DNA of 64,000 bases, from NCBI GenBank assembly GCA_030704615.1, contig CM060732.1, forward strand, positions 31,248,001 through 31,312,000, written 5' to 3'. Each line of letters starts with the position of its first letter. Position 1 is the stretch's first letter. Shown here one piece after another: positions 25,735 to 39,600 of this stretch. The stretch comes from Takakia lepidozioides (lineage: Eukaryota; Plantae; Bryophyta). The position numbers and the translations under genes are program-made. The notes beneath the pieces are model-generated. The model did no database searches and was not told the DNA's origin. It saw only the letters and a list, made by a program, of their open reading frames with translations.

Positions 25735-26330
25735 ATGAGGGAGCTTGAATTTTTGCTCAAGGAGTACCATGACTATTTTTCCCTCAACAAAGCCGACCTA
25801 GGCTTTTGTTCAATGTTCAATAGTAGAGCACGTAATTGACAGTTAGGGTTTCTCTCCATGTAGAAACCAATCCATCATAGTCTCAAAATGGGAGGAATGG
25901 GAAGTGCAGAGGCAAAAAGAAGCTTTGGTGGCACACGGTGACATGAGGGAAAACAAGTCTAAATTCTCATGTCATGTTACTCTTCCACCTAAGAAAAATG
26001 GATCCAAACATTTTTGTGGGGATTATTGCCCCTTAACAAAATAACAAACAGGAATTCAGAGAATCATATCCCATGCCATTGATACAAAATGTACTGAATC
26101 AGTTGGGTAGTGCTGAATGGTCTTTAGCTTCTTGACCTACAGAGTGGATTCTAGTAGATAAAGATGGATGCAATGGTGTAAAGAAAACGGCAATCATTAC
26201 CAAGAGGGGTTAATATGAGTGGCTTGTCTTGCCATTTGGGCTAAAGAATGCCGCTGTCACATTTCATTGAGCTATGAACACCATCATAGCTGTAGAGATT
26301 AAGGAATGTGCCAAGGTCTTAAGAGCCCAA
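25735..26330 (+). mobile_element. Ty3/Gypsy reverse transcriptase fragment (degenerate)
   Basis: LLKEYHDYFSLNKADLG, PPKKNGSKHFCGDYCPLNK, YPMPLI, DLQSGF, YEWLVLPFGLKNA, with stops and frameshifts. Confidence 0.85.
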
Positions 26331-28319
26331 TAGCTTAAATTAGGGTTAGAGTATTTCTTGGCTATGTTTAGCACATTCTTTTTACACTTTTGTGCAATCT
26401 TTTACATTGCGGTGTTATCTTCAGCCATGAATGGATCGGATGCATCGGCACACGCCACGGGGGTTTGTCAAGTAAAGTTGTAGCACCACCCAGCTCCATG
26501 GACACGTGGCTGGACTAACTTCAATTTAGGGTTGCGGTTAACCCAGGTCAGATTGGATGGAGGATAGTTACATAGTATCATCTATAAAACAAGTGTTTTG
26601 TCTTTTATTACGAGACTTTATTTAAATTATTGAGTCTGGAAGTGTGTCCGTCATGTTGGAGGTAATTCGTCCCACTTGTCAATACTTTGTCCTACTCTTC
26701 TTTGAACAGTAATTATTCTCAAAATCTGTCCCACTTGAAATTCCTCTTCTAACTTTGCTTTTTCATTTTGGAATGACTATTATTCTCATTTATCTGTCTG
26801 AAATATTCTCATACCATATGAATTTCCTAGATTGAGACACATACATATTCATATATATCTTTATGTTTGATTGAATTATGGGATTTTAATTGTTAATTTT
26901 AAATTTTTTTTCTTAAGGAGAGGAAGCTTGAGGTATGTCAAATTTAGTAAGAGTCAGATCGAAAAGGATAAAAGACAACATGGGAGTCCGGAAGCAGTTA
27001 CTACTATCATCATCAACAAACGTAAGATTGAGAGTGGCCAGATGGTCGTTGCGTACTTTGTGGTTCCAATAAGATAGACTTGGGGAAACCACTCCATATA
27101 TAGTTTAGGGAATCACCTGCGATAAAGAGGTATTTTCAAATTTCTATCGGGGTATTATTAGTATTATTTTTCATACACCCTATAATTATTTAATTTTGTA
27201 ATATATACAATTATCTGGCAGGCTATTTTTTTTATTTGACTGTAATCATCGAGTATTTGACATCCTATAGTAACATAAAAATAAAACAAATTGTTTTTAG
27301 AGTGCAAAATATTTTATTGCTCAATGCTCTTATGCATCTATCAAACGAATGAGAAAAACTGTTGCATATTTTGCAAATATTCCTTAGGTAAGAGAACTAG
27401 TACCTTATAGTAAGTGAATAAACTGGAGCTTCCAACAACATAATGAGGTCAGCAACTAGCGTAGCAAAACTCTTGAATCGGAGTATAAGACAAAGTAAGA
27501 AGAAAATAAAGCAACCAACCCGTATCCTCCCTAAACTAAGTCCTCTCATCCAAGCCGAGTCCTAGTCCCATCATCCAAGTCCAACTAGTCATTTATGAAG
27601 ACTCAATACAAATATACCATAGAATGAACGACATACGTCCCCGCCATTGTGGCACCTTTATATTAGTTCTAAAAAGTATATAATTGGAGCATATATTCAC
27701 AATCCTATTTTTATTTACATAAGATATCCACAATAAGGACACCCAATTTTATAATATTGTAAATTTTATTTTCAAAGAATATATGTTACCATTACTTTTT
27801 TGCACGCCGTTTGGAAAAAAATGGAAGACAAGGAAGATGGTGACTTCTCCGGGAAGATACAGTGTATGCAAAAACATTAGGAACAATGTAAAAATATAAC
27901 GTAGGCATGTGACCTAATGGTACTTTCCATGTTATTCTCAAGAGACGATAAGGAAGATTCAATATGTTGTAGACCAGACTACTATCTTATCAAAGATTGC
28001 ATGCGGGCATTAACTTCTTACATTATTCCTAAAATTCTCTTTGTTATCCGTTGTTTTGTCTTTTGCAATAAAAATATTTTGGATTTTTTTAATTGATATT
28101 TATTTTACTTTCAATATGAATTTGTTTGATTTTATTGATGTGGAGTTATTATATTATAGATATATATATTTATAAGTATCCAAAATATAGATCAGAGACA
28201 AAATACAACATTAAGAGTTTTGACTTTTTTTTTTCCAAGAAAAATGAGGAGTATTTTGATACAAAATTTTATATTCTACTACTGTACTGTAGATTGCTCA
28301 CAAATAAAGCCACTCCACG

Positions 28320-29463
28320 GTTACAGTAGATGCAAGCTCCTCTACAGATCCATTTCGTGTGTCTACCTCACCCTTACCTCACCAATCTACTCGCATGTTT
28401 ACAACTGAATTGACCTATGCTTGAACAAACGTATCTTTTGGCACGCCTTCTGGGATGCTGCTGCTGCTCCCTACAACACAGAACTACTATTAAAAAATCC
28501 ACTGTATACTCCAACTCCAACCGTCACATTGACCATGGTGGCAACTTACTCAGCTACATGGTCAGTAGCTTCTTCAGAAAGAAAAGTTGCATAGGAAAAG
28601 CAGTTGTCAAAACCTCCAGGCCACCAGGCAGGTTTGAAATGTTCAAAAGATTCTCTATCATTGCGACCAAGCTTTCTTTCCGTCCCCTGAAACTGACCAT
28701 TTTGGAATATCCCCTCTATTCTTATTGCCCATGGGCCCAGATATATACACTTTTTGTTGAACTGCATTTGAGAAAACATGAGCTATGTCATTCCGTTGAG
28801 TATCTGCATTCAACTCAGTGAAGTAATATACTGTGTCATTTCTCAAGTTTACCATAGCTTGGTCAATTTGGTCTTTAAATAAGTCAAAGCCCTTCAACAT
28901 AACATCTTCAACATATTCCCTCTTGGCAAAGCTCATGGCATACGCTCACCAGCCGTTCTCAACAGTTGCAGAGGCAGTCAACTTCGACTGATGCCAGATC
29001 AGGTTCTGGTACGACAAAGTGGCTAATTCGTCTGCAAAGGGACCGAAGGTGACTCCCCTGCATGAAAATAAAAACGCAGTGTCTTCAAAGAAAGAAGTTA
29101 AATGCATCTGAAGCGATTCAAATACATCTGCTGCAGCCAGTAGCTTTGGGTTGAAGCCCTTGAAATCATTCCACACATCGAATTGAGCCTTCCAAAATTG
29201 TGCCTCCTCCATGCCAGATTCTTTCACATCTAATGCTGACTCCAACTTTCGTATCCAACTCTTGAGCGGCTTGTTACCACAGCCTAAAGCCTTCATCGAG
29301 ACCAACATTGTTCCCTCATCCTTTAAAAGACTCTGTGACTTCTAGTTTTGAGGTAAGCTTGCTCGATAGTACCGGATTTCATCTGTAGGGCCTAGCACTG
29401 AAAATACTTATGCCCTAGAAAGTTGAACAGGTGAATCGTTGAAAGAATAAACAATTGCGCTCA
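28320..29463 (-). pseudogene. Intronless orphan pseudo-ORF of ~370 codons, unknown family
   Basis: ORFs 28946-29308 and 28658-28936 are in the same frame with one TGA between them, and the reading continues into 28546-28779 via a frameshift. Amino-acid composition is protein-like. Probable ATG at ~29463. Confidence 0.5.
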
Positions 29464-32299
29464 TTTTTAGCACTTATTACAATCTCGGAGCGACTGCAGA
29501 ATAATCTCAAATCCACAAAGGGTCGCAATCGTCACTGCTACATTGGAACCTGAATTGGAACCGTCACAAAAGTGACTGCTTAGATTGGATCTGCAACCAC
29601 GAGAGACTCGCCGCGGTTGAACCTCACAACCGGGGAAAAAAACGCGCTAGGGCCATGGACGCCCCTTGAGTTGACCTTAAAAGTAAAAGAGAGCACTCAC
29701 ACACTATCTTCAGCATTGCAGGGCCATGAGAAGCCTGCGGACTGCACATTCGTGCTCCGTTAAGCACACCGCCATCCTCCAGCCTTCACTCTCTCTGGAC
29801 GTTACAAGCAGGACTTGAGCCCGTTATCATATTCTACTCTTATACATGTCATTCCGGTTTACTGGTTTCTTATACATGCCACTCCGGTTTAATGGCTACA
29901 TGAAGGGGATGTGAAAGCACTACAATACCATTCAAACTTGCTGAGTTTGAGTACTGATATACTCTCGCACATACCACAAAACGACATTTCTAATGCACAT
30001 GAAAGTTACATTATATCCTGCTGTACTCTGGGGAAATTGCCCCACCCGAATATTCTCTATACCCCAGTCTCTTCCCAGCATTGTAGGCTACTCTACGAAC
30101 ACTTACCGTACTCCCCGCATTCACCTCTTTATCATCATCTTCACATGTCAAAAGTGTTGTGGTACAAAAGGATGACCTCAACTGACACATTGCACATACT
30201 CAGCTCTGTTTGCAAAAATCTGATCCATTTTATACATGGTACCACTTACATTACCCCAATCCACAGCCCCCACCAACCCACTCACATGTGCAAATTTCAT
30301 CTAAAACCCGTACAATGTCCCCCCCGCCCCCCCTCCCCTCCTGTCACCCACACTCATGCTCATCATACAAAGAGGCTTACATACATCCCCTGCGACATGC
30401 TTTGAGCATTATACCACACGCCACTCAGCTTCACTGGCGAGAATGCGAATGCGAATGCGAATCGTCCATTCTCCTCAATGGTTGCCGCCATAAGCTCATC
30501 AAACTGCAGTGGCTGTCGTACCTCCAATACGATCTTGTAATTACTTCCATTGCCAGAAACTTTTGTTGAGGATGTTCTTCAGGTCTTCCACCTTCTTCTC
30601 GAGAATCTCCAGATCCGTTCTCATTGCACGACTCTCCCATCGGAGATTAGTGAACTCCAGTTTTTAGTTCAGGACTTCGTCATTTAAGGTGAGGTTCCAG
30701 GAACTACACCGCTCGTTCATGAAATTTAGAGCCTCGTAGAATGAGTTGCTCTGGTTGTCCAACATTGTATACTAGCCTCCTATTATGGCACTCCCACATG
30801 ACATAAGTGCTCCTAATGCCCAAAAGACGTCGCCTCTCTGCAAAAAAAATCAAATCAAATCTAGGTGTCATTGTTTGCTGCTCGGCAAAGATGAGGTTGG
30901 AGCTTCAACAATGGTTGATTACATTAGCGAGAACCATGCAAAGTGTTTTCATAAGCCTATTGGTCAAGACCATGCTTGCTGGGCTTGGTATGGAAGATAT
31001 GTTGATCCTTGTGTTTGGATCCCACAACAAAAAGAACCTGATTACCTTGGTAGGTACTTATCCCACTGATTTGTTGTTTATTGAGAAATTTGATTTTCCA
31101 ATTGTCTTGCATTTGCACTTGCACTTTAATCTCAATAAATGTTCATTCTACAAATCTTCCACATTTGGCCTAACATTTGTCATTTCAATCCATTTTCCCC
31201 AGTCACATTCAAGGAACAAATTCGAAAAGACGAAGAGGAGGTCCGTGATTAGGAAGAATGGCGGGCATCCCGGGAGGCTTCAAGGGCATCACGATCATCA
31301 AGTAGAGTGACAAGTTACACTTCAGATGACAATGTCACGTTTCACTTACCTGAAAGTATCTCCGTCTCGTCTAGTGCGGAGACCGTTGCAATGGGTGGTG
31401 ATAACCGGAGGCGTCTTCGGACACATGCTTTGACTGCGAGCCGTTTGGGAGGAGGCTCAGTATTATTTATGAGTTAGTATGAGCAACGCTACGGCGTGAG
31501 CAATGAGCGCATGCTCACGCAGGGCTGACGTGGCGTGAGCCCACACTCGGGTCACGTCAGTGGGAGCAGATGCCATGTCAACGCAAGCGAAGGCCATGTC
31601 AGCAAATGCCATAGGACGGGTGGTCGAAGAAAGAGTATCTATTCACGCTGGACCTATAACCGTGGGAATAAGCATGTACAGTTTGATGAAATTAGACCCC
31701 ATTATAAAAGAAGAACACATGACTTCAATGAATAGGTAGGACTGTCAACTGTTGACTGAAGCTGCATATTGCAAACAAGACGATACCATTTTGAGTGACA
31801 ATTGCCAAACCTGCTATTCGCCGGAGGGGTTGGACCACAGGCCCCCTCACTGTCATCACTGCCGGCACCAGAGGGGGCATCCACAGTGCCAGCATCTCTG
31901 AACTTCACAATAACTTTAAACTCCCCATCATTTCCATCCATAAATGCTTCAAAGCCATACATCTTACGGCCCTCCGCTCTCTCACTGCTATCATCACCAA
32001 CAAATGACAGCTCGAATCCAACCCGACTCATGCCTCATAGATATATATAGTTGGTTGCCTGACGAGCACCCTTGGGGTGCCCCCCACGGGCCCCCCTTGG
32101 GTGCCATGCGGTACCGCCTCTACCGGATGCCACCCCCCCCATACTGGTTACTTAGTGTCCCCTCGACACCAGTTTTACAAAGGGCCCACCCCTGAAAATG
32201 GGCAGTAACCGCAAGGCGAAGTGGCTCTTAGTTACGCCGGCCACGGCCGGAGTCTTCTCTCTCTCTCTTGCCAAACCTGAACCCTAACATTTCCCCTGA

Positions 32300-32860
32300 A
32301 AGTGATGCACGGCACCGCACACCACTTTCAATGGCATCCGAAGGAAAAAAAAAAAAAAAACACCTGAAAAGGGGTGTGCGGCACCGCACACCTCTTTCAG
32401 TGGCACTGCACAGTTAAAAAAAAAACCCTAAAGAAACCTAAAAGATCCCAAAAAAGAAAGAAAAAAGAACACTTGGAAAGGGGTGTGCGACATTGCACAC
32501 CTCTTTCAGTGGCACCGCACACTCAAAAACAAAACCCTACAAAAACCCTTAAAACCCTCCCTTAAAAAGGGGTGCGGCACCACTCAACTTTTTCAATGGC
32601 ACTGCACACTAAAAAAAAACCCTAAGTAAACCCTAGAAACCCTAAAAAAAACCTAAAGAACCCTTAAAAGCCCCCCCAATCCCCTGAGTGTGCGATATCG
32701 CACACCATTTTCAGTGGCATCTGCGGGGAAAATAAAACCCTCCTATGAACCCCCTATGAATACCCTAGAAACCCGGAAAACCCGAAAAAACAAGAAAAAC
32801 AATTTGTGGCATCTGCGGGGAAAAAACCCTAAAAAACCCCAAGGAAACCCTAAAGAACCC
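32300..32860. repeat. Array of palindromic GTGCGGCACCGCAC / TTTCAGTGGCAC motifs with A-rich AAACCCT spacers (probable DNA-transposon subterminal region)
   Basis: The motif recurs at ~32306, 32376, 32484, 32571 and 32689 with poly-A/aaaccct linkers. Confidence 0.65.
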
Positions 32861-33754
32861 TACCACATCCACTATACCACCTTCCCCTTAATTACCAATT
32901 TTCATTGTGCCCACTGTCAATATCGCAACAATCGGTTGGATCCTTGCAACTGTGCTATTCATAACCTTGTCACTGGCATGCCTACAGGGACATCCTGCCC
33001 GCAGTTATAGGTGCCATCCGCGGAATTGCATACAATATCTTTTTGCAAAATTCCTAGGGCAGCGCCGCTCACATGAGCATAGGCTCACCGCTCACGCTCT
33101 AGCATTTCTCAGTTAGTATAAGCCGTTGTATGGCTTCGAGACGATGGATAACATTAAGTCCATCAATGGATGTACATTGACGTTACCTTTTGTGTTGGTC
33201 CATTGCCAAAGTTACAATTTCAAATGAAATATTAATGTTTGATATCATCAATGTCTCCGTAGACTCATTCTTCTATGTCATCTTCATATGTTTGGCTCTG
33301 TATGTCATTGTTCCATGTTTAGTTCTGTACGTCAATTTGGATATCTGAGCTCTCATCATGATTTTATTCATTGCATCCTCCCATTCATTTTCATGAATTT
33401 CAACTTGGCAGTGGATGTTGTTCTCAGACCACAACACATACTTGTATTTCTCTGGGGAGGATTATAATTCATGGGTATATAGTACACAAATAGCTAAATA
33501 ATTATATGTACATGTTTATTTATATTATAAATTATATTTATTCATACAAGAAATAGTAAATAATAATAATGAATCTATTAGTCGGCGTCGACTTATCTTC
33601 GACTATAAACACAAAAAATCAGTTTGGGTTTAAGTTCATCAGAGAAACCAAATAAAAGTCCAGAATTAGTTAAAATAAGGTTATGTATGCATGTGTGATC
33701 AAAATGTTACATCAAAATCCACAGCTAGTGAAGCTACGTCCACTTCGTTATCTG

Positions 33755-36603
33755 AGCAATTCGGGCAGCTTCAAGAATTGTATGTCGATGACGTGGTCTC
33801 CAAAACGTGGCAGAGCTCACGTGGTAGAGACGACGTTTTTCTTTATTTTTTCTTTATTAATTTTAGGCAGTCTGGGCAGTTTTAAACAAATGACGGCAAT
33901 GATGTGGCTGAGGATGTCGCGGAGACGTAGATTGAGAGTGGCCAGATGGTCACTATGTACTTTGTGGTTCCAATAAGATAGAGCCCACTCCCATAAGAAA
34001 TATATTCTATGCAAAAAAATTAGGAACGATGTAAAAATATAACGTAGTTGACATGTGATCAGTAATGGTACTTTCGCAAGTTGTAGGCGCTATGGCTCCT
34101 CTGGCAAGTCCCCTATAAAAACTTTCCTACCTCGTCTTACCATGGATTCTCTATTAGATACTTTAGAATGCGAGAGATTGTCAAATAGTGATGAGTAGCC
34201 TATTGGTAAGGTGTTGGTATTAATGGAGGCGATGAGGTGGAAGTTAATTCTTGATGGGTGGTAATGTCACCCTTGGCTTCTATGGTGGTTTTGTGTCATC
34301 CCTCGTATTATGTAACTCATGTTCGTCCATTTTAAACTTAGCGGACTCAATCAGATTTGAGACCAAGTGTGAGTTACACCTTCCCACCATGTAATCCCAA
34401 GTGGAGTACTTACACTCTCCATCGTGTCACCCTCGACTCGAGTTTATAGTCCATCTTTGTCAATGTCACCAATAGGTGAAGTTATATCCTATTCAGTTCC
34501 ATGTTATTCTCAAGAGATGGTGGAAGATTCAATATGCTGGAGACCACACTACTCTCAGAGATTACACACGGGCATTAACTTTATACATTATTCCTAAAAT
34601 TCTCTATGTTATGCGTTGTTTTGTCTTTTTGCAGTAAAAAGTTTTTTGGGATCTTTTTAACGATGTTGATATTCATCTTACTTTCAATGCGAATTTGTTT
34701 GAGTTTATTGACGTGTAATTATTATTATATATATGTACATTTTTCTCTATCCAAAACATAGACAAGAGACAAAAACTCAACATTAAGAGTTTTGACATTT
34801 TATTAGCTCTTACCATTATCGTATTTACGTATACTATCATAAAATATCAGTAAATTGAAACGTGCTCACCACAAAATCAAAGTGAAATATGGAAGTGCTA
34901 TAACATTTATACTGAATATGTGAACAAACAAAAGAAAGAAAGAAGAAAGGAAAAGAAGAAAAATTAGAGCAGATTTGTTTTGTTTTGTTTTTTCTTCAGT
35001 GCTTGGGCCAGCTTCAAGAATGTACGTCGATGACGTGGTCTCCAAAAGTGGCAGAGATCACATGGCAGAGATGACGTTTTTCTTTATTTTCCTTATATTT
35101 TAATCTTTTCATTTATGAATTTTTTTTAGGCAGTCTGGGCAGCTTTAACCAATGGCGGCAAGGATGTGGCTGATGATGTCGCGGTGATGTGGCACTATGA
35201 CACCCTATTTCTGCTCCATACTAAAACTAGTCTCCCACCTTCAATTGTCATTATAATTTGGTAGTGGTTTTTATTATTAATACTAGGCTACGCGTTGCTC
35301 CGCACTACTACTAACGACTTATGGGAACAATGTCTCTTTTGATTGGAAGTATATGTTATGCAAAAAACCTTAGGAACAATGTAACAATATAATTTAGGCA
35401 TATGATCTTATGGTATTTTCTCCAAGATTTAGGCGACGCAGTGGACTCTTTGGCAAGTCCCCTGTCAAATCTTCCCCACCTTTTCTTACCATGGATTCAC
35501 TATTATTAAATATTGTAAAATGTGAGACATTGTTAGACAACGATGAATAGCTTATGGCCTTATTGGTAAAGTGATGGTAATGGAGGTGATGCGGTAGGTT
35601 TTTGATGGGTGGTAATGTCACCCTGGGTCTTGTCACTCCTCTGTATTGTGTAATTCCGCTTAGTCCATTTCAAACTTAGTCACATTTGGACTTAGTCAAA
35701 TCTTGAGACTAAGTGTGGGTTATACCAAGTGGAGTTACACTTCTTGCCGTGTAACCCCAAGTGGAGTTACACTCCGCCCCGTGTAACCTCGATTAAATTT
35801 ACACTCATTCTTTTCCATTATCATCCATACTGAAGTTACATTCCCCTCAGTTCCATGTTATCCTCAAAACTGGGCAAAGAAGATTCAATATGCTGGAGAC
35901 CAACCTATTGTCTTATCAGAGATCATATGCTGACATGAACTTCATACATTATTTCTAGGATTCTCAATTTTATGCGTTGTTTTTCTTTTTTATAATAACA
36001 ATATTTTTAGATGTAGTATTTTAACGATATTGATATTCGATTCTTTTTCAATATGAATTTGTTTGATTTTATAGATATGTAGTTTTAGTATGGTACTAGA
36101 TCTACATTTTTAACTGTCCAAAATATAGACAAGAGCCAAAAAATCAATCATAAGAGTTTTGACATTTTATTAGCTATTACCATTATCGTATTCACATGCA
36201 CTATCATAAAATATTAGTAAATTGAAATGTGCCTACACAAAATCAAAGTAATATTTGGAAGTGCTATAACAATTATATTGAATATATGAACAAACCAAAG
36301 AAAGAGAGAAAGAAAGAAAGAAATATTAGAGCAAATTTAACAAAAAAGATGTTCATGATTCAGTTGTTGTATTTTTCTCTTTTTTTTACTTTTTTTTTCG
36401 GGAAATTTGGGCAGCTTCAAGACTGTGATGACGCGGCCTCCGAAACATGGTAGATATCAGATGATGTCATTTTTATTTCTTATTTTATTTTTAAATCTTT
36501 AAATTTTCAGGCAGTCCGGGCAGCTTTAAACAAATGACGGCGGTGATGTGACAAAGACGACGTGGCACTATGGCACCCTATTCCTGCCCTACACTAAAAC
36601 TAG
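33755..36603 (+). repeat. Tandem diverged ~1.25-1.35 kb AT-rich units (Helitron-like), with related pieces at 27020-27080 and 27865-28225
   Basis: Units 34005-35230 and 35355-36603 share ttaggaac.atgtaa, ggcaagtcccct, gaagattcaatatgctggagacc and taagagttttgacattttattagct, and both end in ctaaaaCTAG. A partial 3' unit lies at 33755-33990. The repeat itself is clear; the Helitron assignment rests only on the CTAG ends. Confidence 0.75.
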
Positions 36604-39600
36604 CCTTCGAACTTCAGTCGTCACTAGAATTCTTTGAAGATTGTGAAGTGAATATGGTGAATAATAGAATATATGACGCCCCCCAAAGGAAGCGTAAATT
36701 ATGGTGTCTCTCTACCCCCATGGACTACCAGCCTTCCTGTGAGAAGATGGACACCTTTATGACACCAATCAGTGGATTGAATCCACCTCAATCTCTGAGG
36801 TGGTATGTGCCCATTACCACTCGGTTACAAGTTACAACTTGGTTGTCGATCCAAAGACAAAGAAGAAGAATGAATGAATCAATGACATTGAAAATGCTGA
36901 GCAAGTAACGTAATTTCCATTTGCAACAAGCACATTGGGCTGTCCCTATTTACATTATAAGCAAATCATTTCTCCCTTATGTCCAGTACAGTAAGCGAAA
37001 ATCAGGATCAAAGGACCCATTAAAAAGTAAAATAAGATGATGAATGAAGCCTGCTACCCTATGTTTCATCCAAAAGGCTTGCTGTTAGTACAAAGTGGAA
37101 GACAATTTCTGGGGCTTGGTTTCTGGTTATTGTCAGTTGTCCGTCCCCATGTCCCCGTCATGATGAAAACTGGACAGATTAATACGCGGAGGTACTTTCA
37201 TCCAAGGAAAGGAAACCAGGGGAGCATGACTCTGTCAGCTTGACAACAGGCATACATACATACATACATGCGTGCACACAATAGGTTGGATGCAGGTTGG
37301 GCCATGGTAGGTATGCGGGCATGGATGAGGCATCCAGCATTGAATGCCCGGGTCCCATCGCAGGCACAATAAAGAGAGGGGTCCATGAGGGTGATATTAG
37401 GTGCACCTATCCCTTGCTGACTAGGACTGCCCTTGCTTCACGCCATTTCTGCCACATCACCCTCATCGCAAAATAAGAGCACCTGGATTTGTCCATCTAC
37501 AGGGACCCCATTTCACTTCCAAACATCACATGTGTAACGAGTATTTTTCACTAGGCTAGACAGGGTAGTTTGCGGATGGACATTTGGCATTCATCTTACC
37601 ATAAATTTATCCTCATGTTCGCTAGTGGCCAACTTTGCAATGCGACGAATATTTGTGAATTAGGACGACAAAATAGAGCCCGAAGATGCTACCGTGAGAA
37701 TTTCATTTGTTTGCCCCCATGGATACCTATAAATTTTAAATATGAGAATAATGAACCAAGTGCGACCTTTTCTGGCTGTAATCTATTTTTAATTGTTTTG
37801 AAGAAGGTTGAGTTTTGGTGTACGGACCCGACCCTGCCCACCCGGCCGTTTGGAAGGTGGTAAGTGACGAGGTGAAAAGTTATTAGTTATTACCTGGTGG
37901 TCCATGGAGGAAAGCAATCCCGAGGGCAAAAGCGAGCGGTTGCGGCGAGTGAGGAAAACCGTGTTCTCAACGAACTCTGTTACGTCTGTCATCCTTCCAC
38001 GTGGCATGCCATCTACTTACCCGTTGACTGGTAAGGCATTATCTGGCGTGGGTCGTGCGGCAGGGCAGACACATCCATCCACGGCAACATGTTATTCATT
38101 GGTAGGGAGCTCCCTCCATCGAATAATGTGACATCAAAATGACAAAGAGTCGTCGTGAGTCAGCGGGTCGGCTACCCGCACCTACCCAACCGAGGGCTTT
38201 CATTGCACATTTTATCACCCACGCAACCACGCTTTCAACCGCGACGGATGAACGGGAGAATGGATGAATGCGGCCGTGGACAAAACAAAATAACTTGGGT
38301 CATCCAGGACACGGAAAAGGCGGGTCGACAGGCAGTTGGATGGATGGGCGCACGCACGCTGAAAGCCGTGTTTCCGGGGTACCAGACATGTCGGCCGCAA
38401 AACTTACCGATAATTGTGCAAAGTCCACTGGTTAAACCAGAGTTAGGTGAAAACCGTTGACCAGGGTCACCCTTTAAGTCTGGCCGGTGGGTCCAGGTCA
38501 GGACTTCATCTGCTCATCCATCCATCCACAATATAAATTTCTGCTTCATCCTTCCGTTCCCCCACCGTCCATCCATTGCTCAAATGCAGGCCCGTTGACA
38601 CTTGACACAACAGGGCAGGCAGTAAACAGAAGGGATGAATTCCATCACTGGTCTGGGACCACCACGCCGTTCACCGTTGACCGGGATGCCTCTGTACCGT
38701 AACTAGATAGTTCAGGGGTGTCTCAATAAATCTAGGTATTCAATCCCCTTTTCTTTCAATAAAACAAATAATACGTTATACTCCATGTCCAATACGCAAG
38801 GGGTATTGGAGTTTTGGCCACGTCCTGTAATTTCTCCCAAGTAGACTTTCTGTGATGTTCTGCCTTCCATGGGCCACAAAGCAACCGTCCATAGTTGTCG
38901 CTTTGTTGAGTAGGCTCTGTTTTTCAGCTAAACTTCAACTTTCACTTTTACATATGCCAGAAATACCAAAAACAAAAAAAGGAATATGTAACAGAAGATA
39001 AGAAGAACTTTGAGAAAAAGCTTTGACAACAGGAGTGACATCTGGATGAGTCGCTATCTCAGTGGATGAGTAGGTGAGCACTGTTGGTACGAGTGGATGA
39101 ACGAAGTTGTTCGGGGGCAGCTGGCAAAACGTAATACAAAGTTTGTGCGACTGAACGGCCGTTACTGGGAACAGTAACTTAGTGCTCATAATAAGTTACC
39201 TGCTGGAAAACGGCTGTCCTTGCGACTGTTCCTCTCCCTTTTTATGCCCTTGTTCGCACTTGCATCACTGCTCATTTCATATATGTGGATATATTTATTT
39301 GAAGTCACCATGTACAAGCGGGTCATATGGCGTAAGTTTTTTTATTTTTAAATTTAAAAGAACAGGGGACAGAGGCCCTGGAATTTTATTAATGGATGGT
39401 TTGAAGATACAAGGAGTGGAAAAATAACCACCCCGGCCGTGAAGGCTAACAGTGGGGATACCACCCAGAGACCAAGTACCTACTCCGAAGAAACAAGGAC
39501 AGAATTGAGGCGCAGAGAAAGCATCCAAGCCGTGAGTTCATGTCACTGGCCAAAATCTCTGATCAACACCAATATTCACAAAAGAACAAGAATCCCAAAT

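Noticed and set aside
32300-32860. CRISPR-like repeat/spacer appearance
   Set aside because: Repeats are degenerate, spacers are low-complexity, similar to each other and variable in length, no cas genes are present, and the context is eukaryotic.
37800-38700. GC-rich CATCC/GGATG motif region as a MITE or ncRNA
   Set aside because: Could not define termini, TSD or a stable fold by eye.
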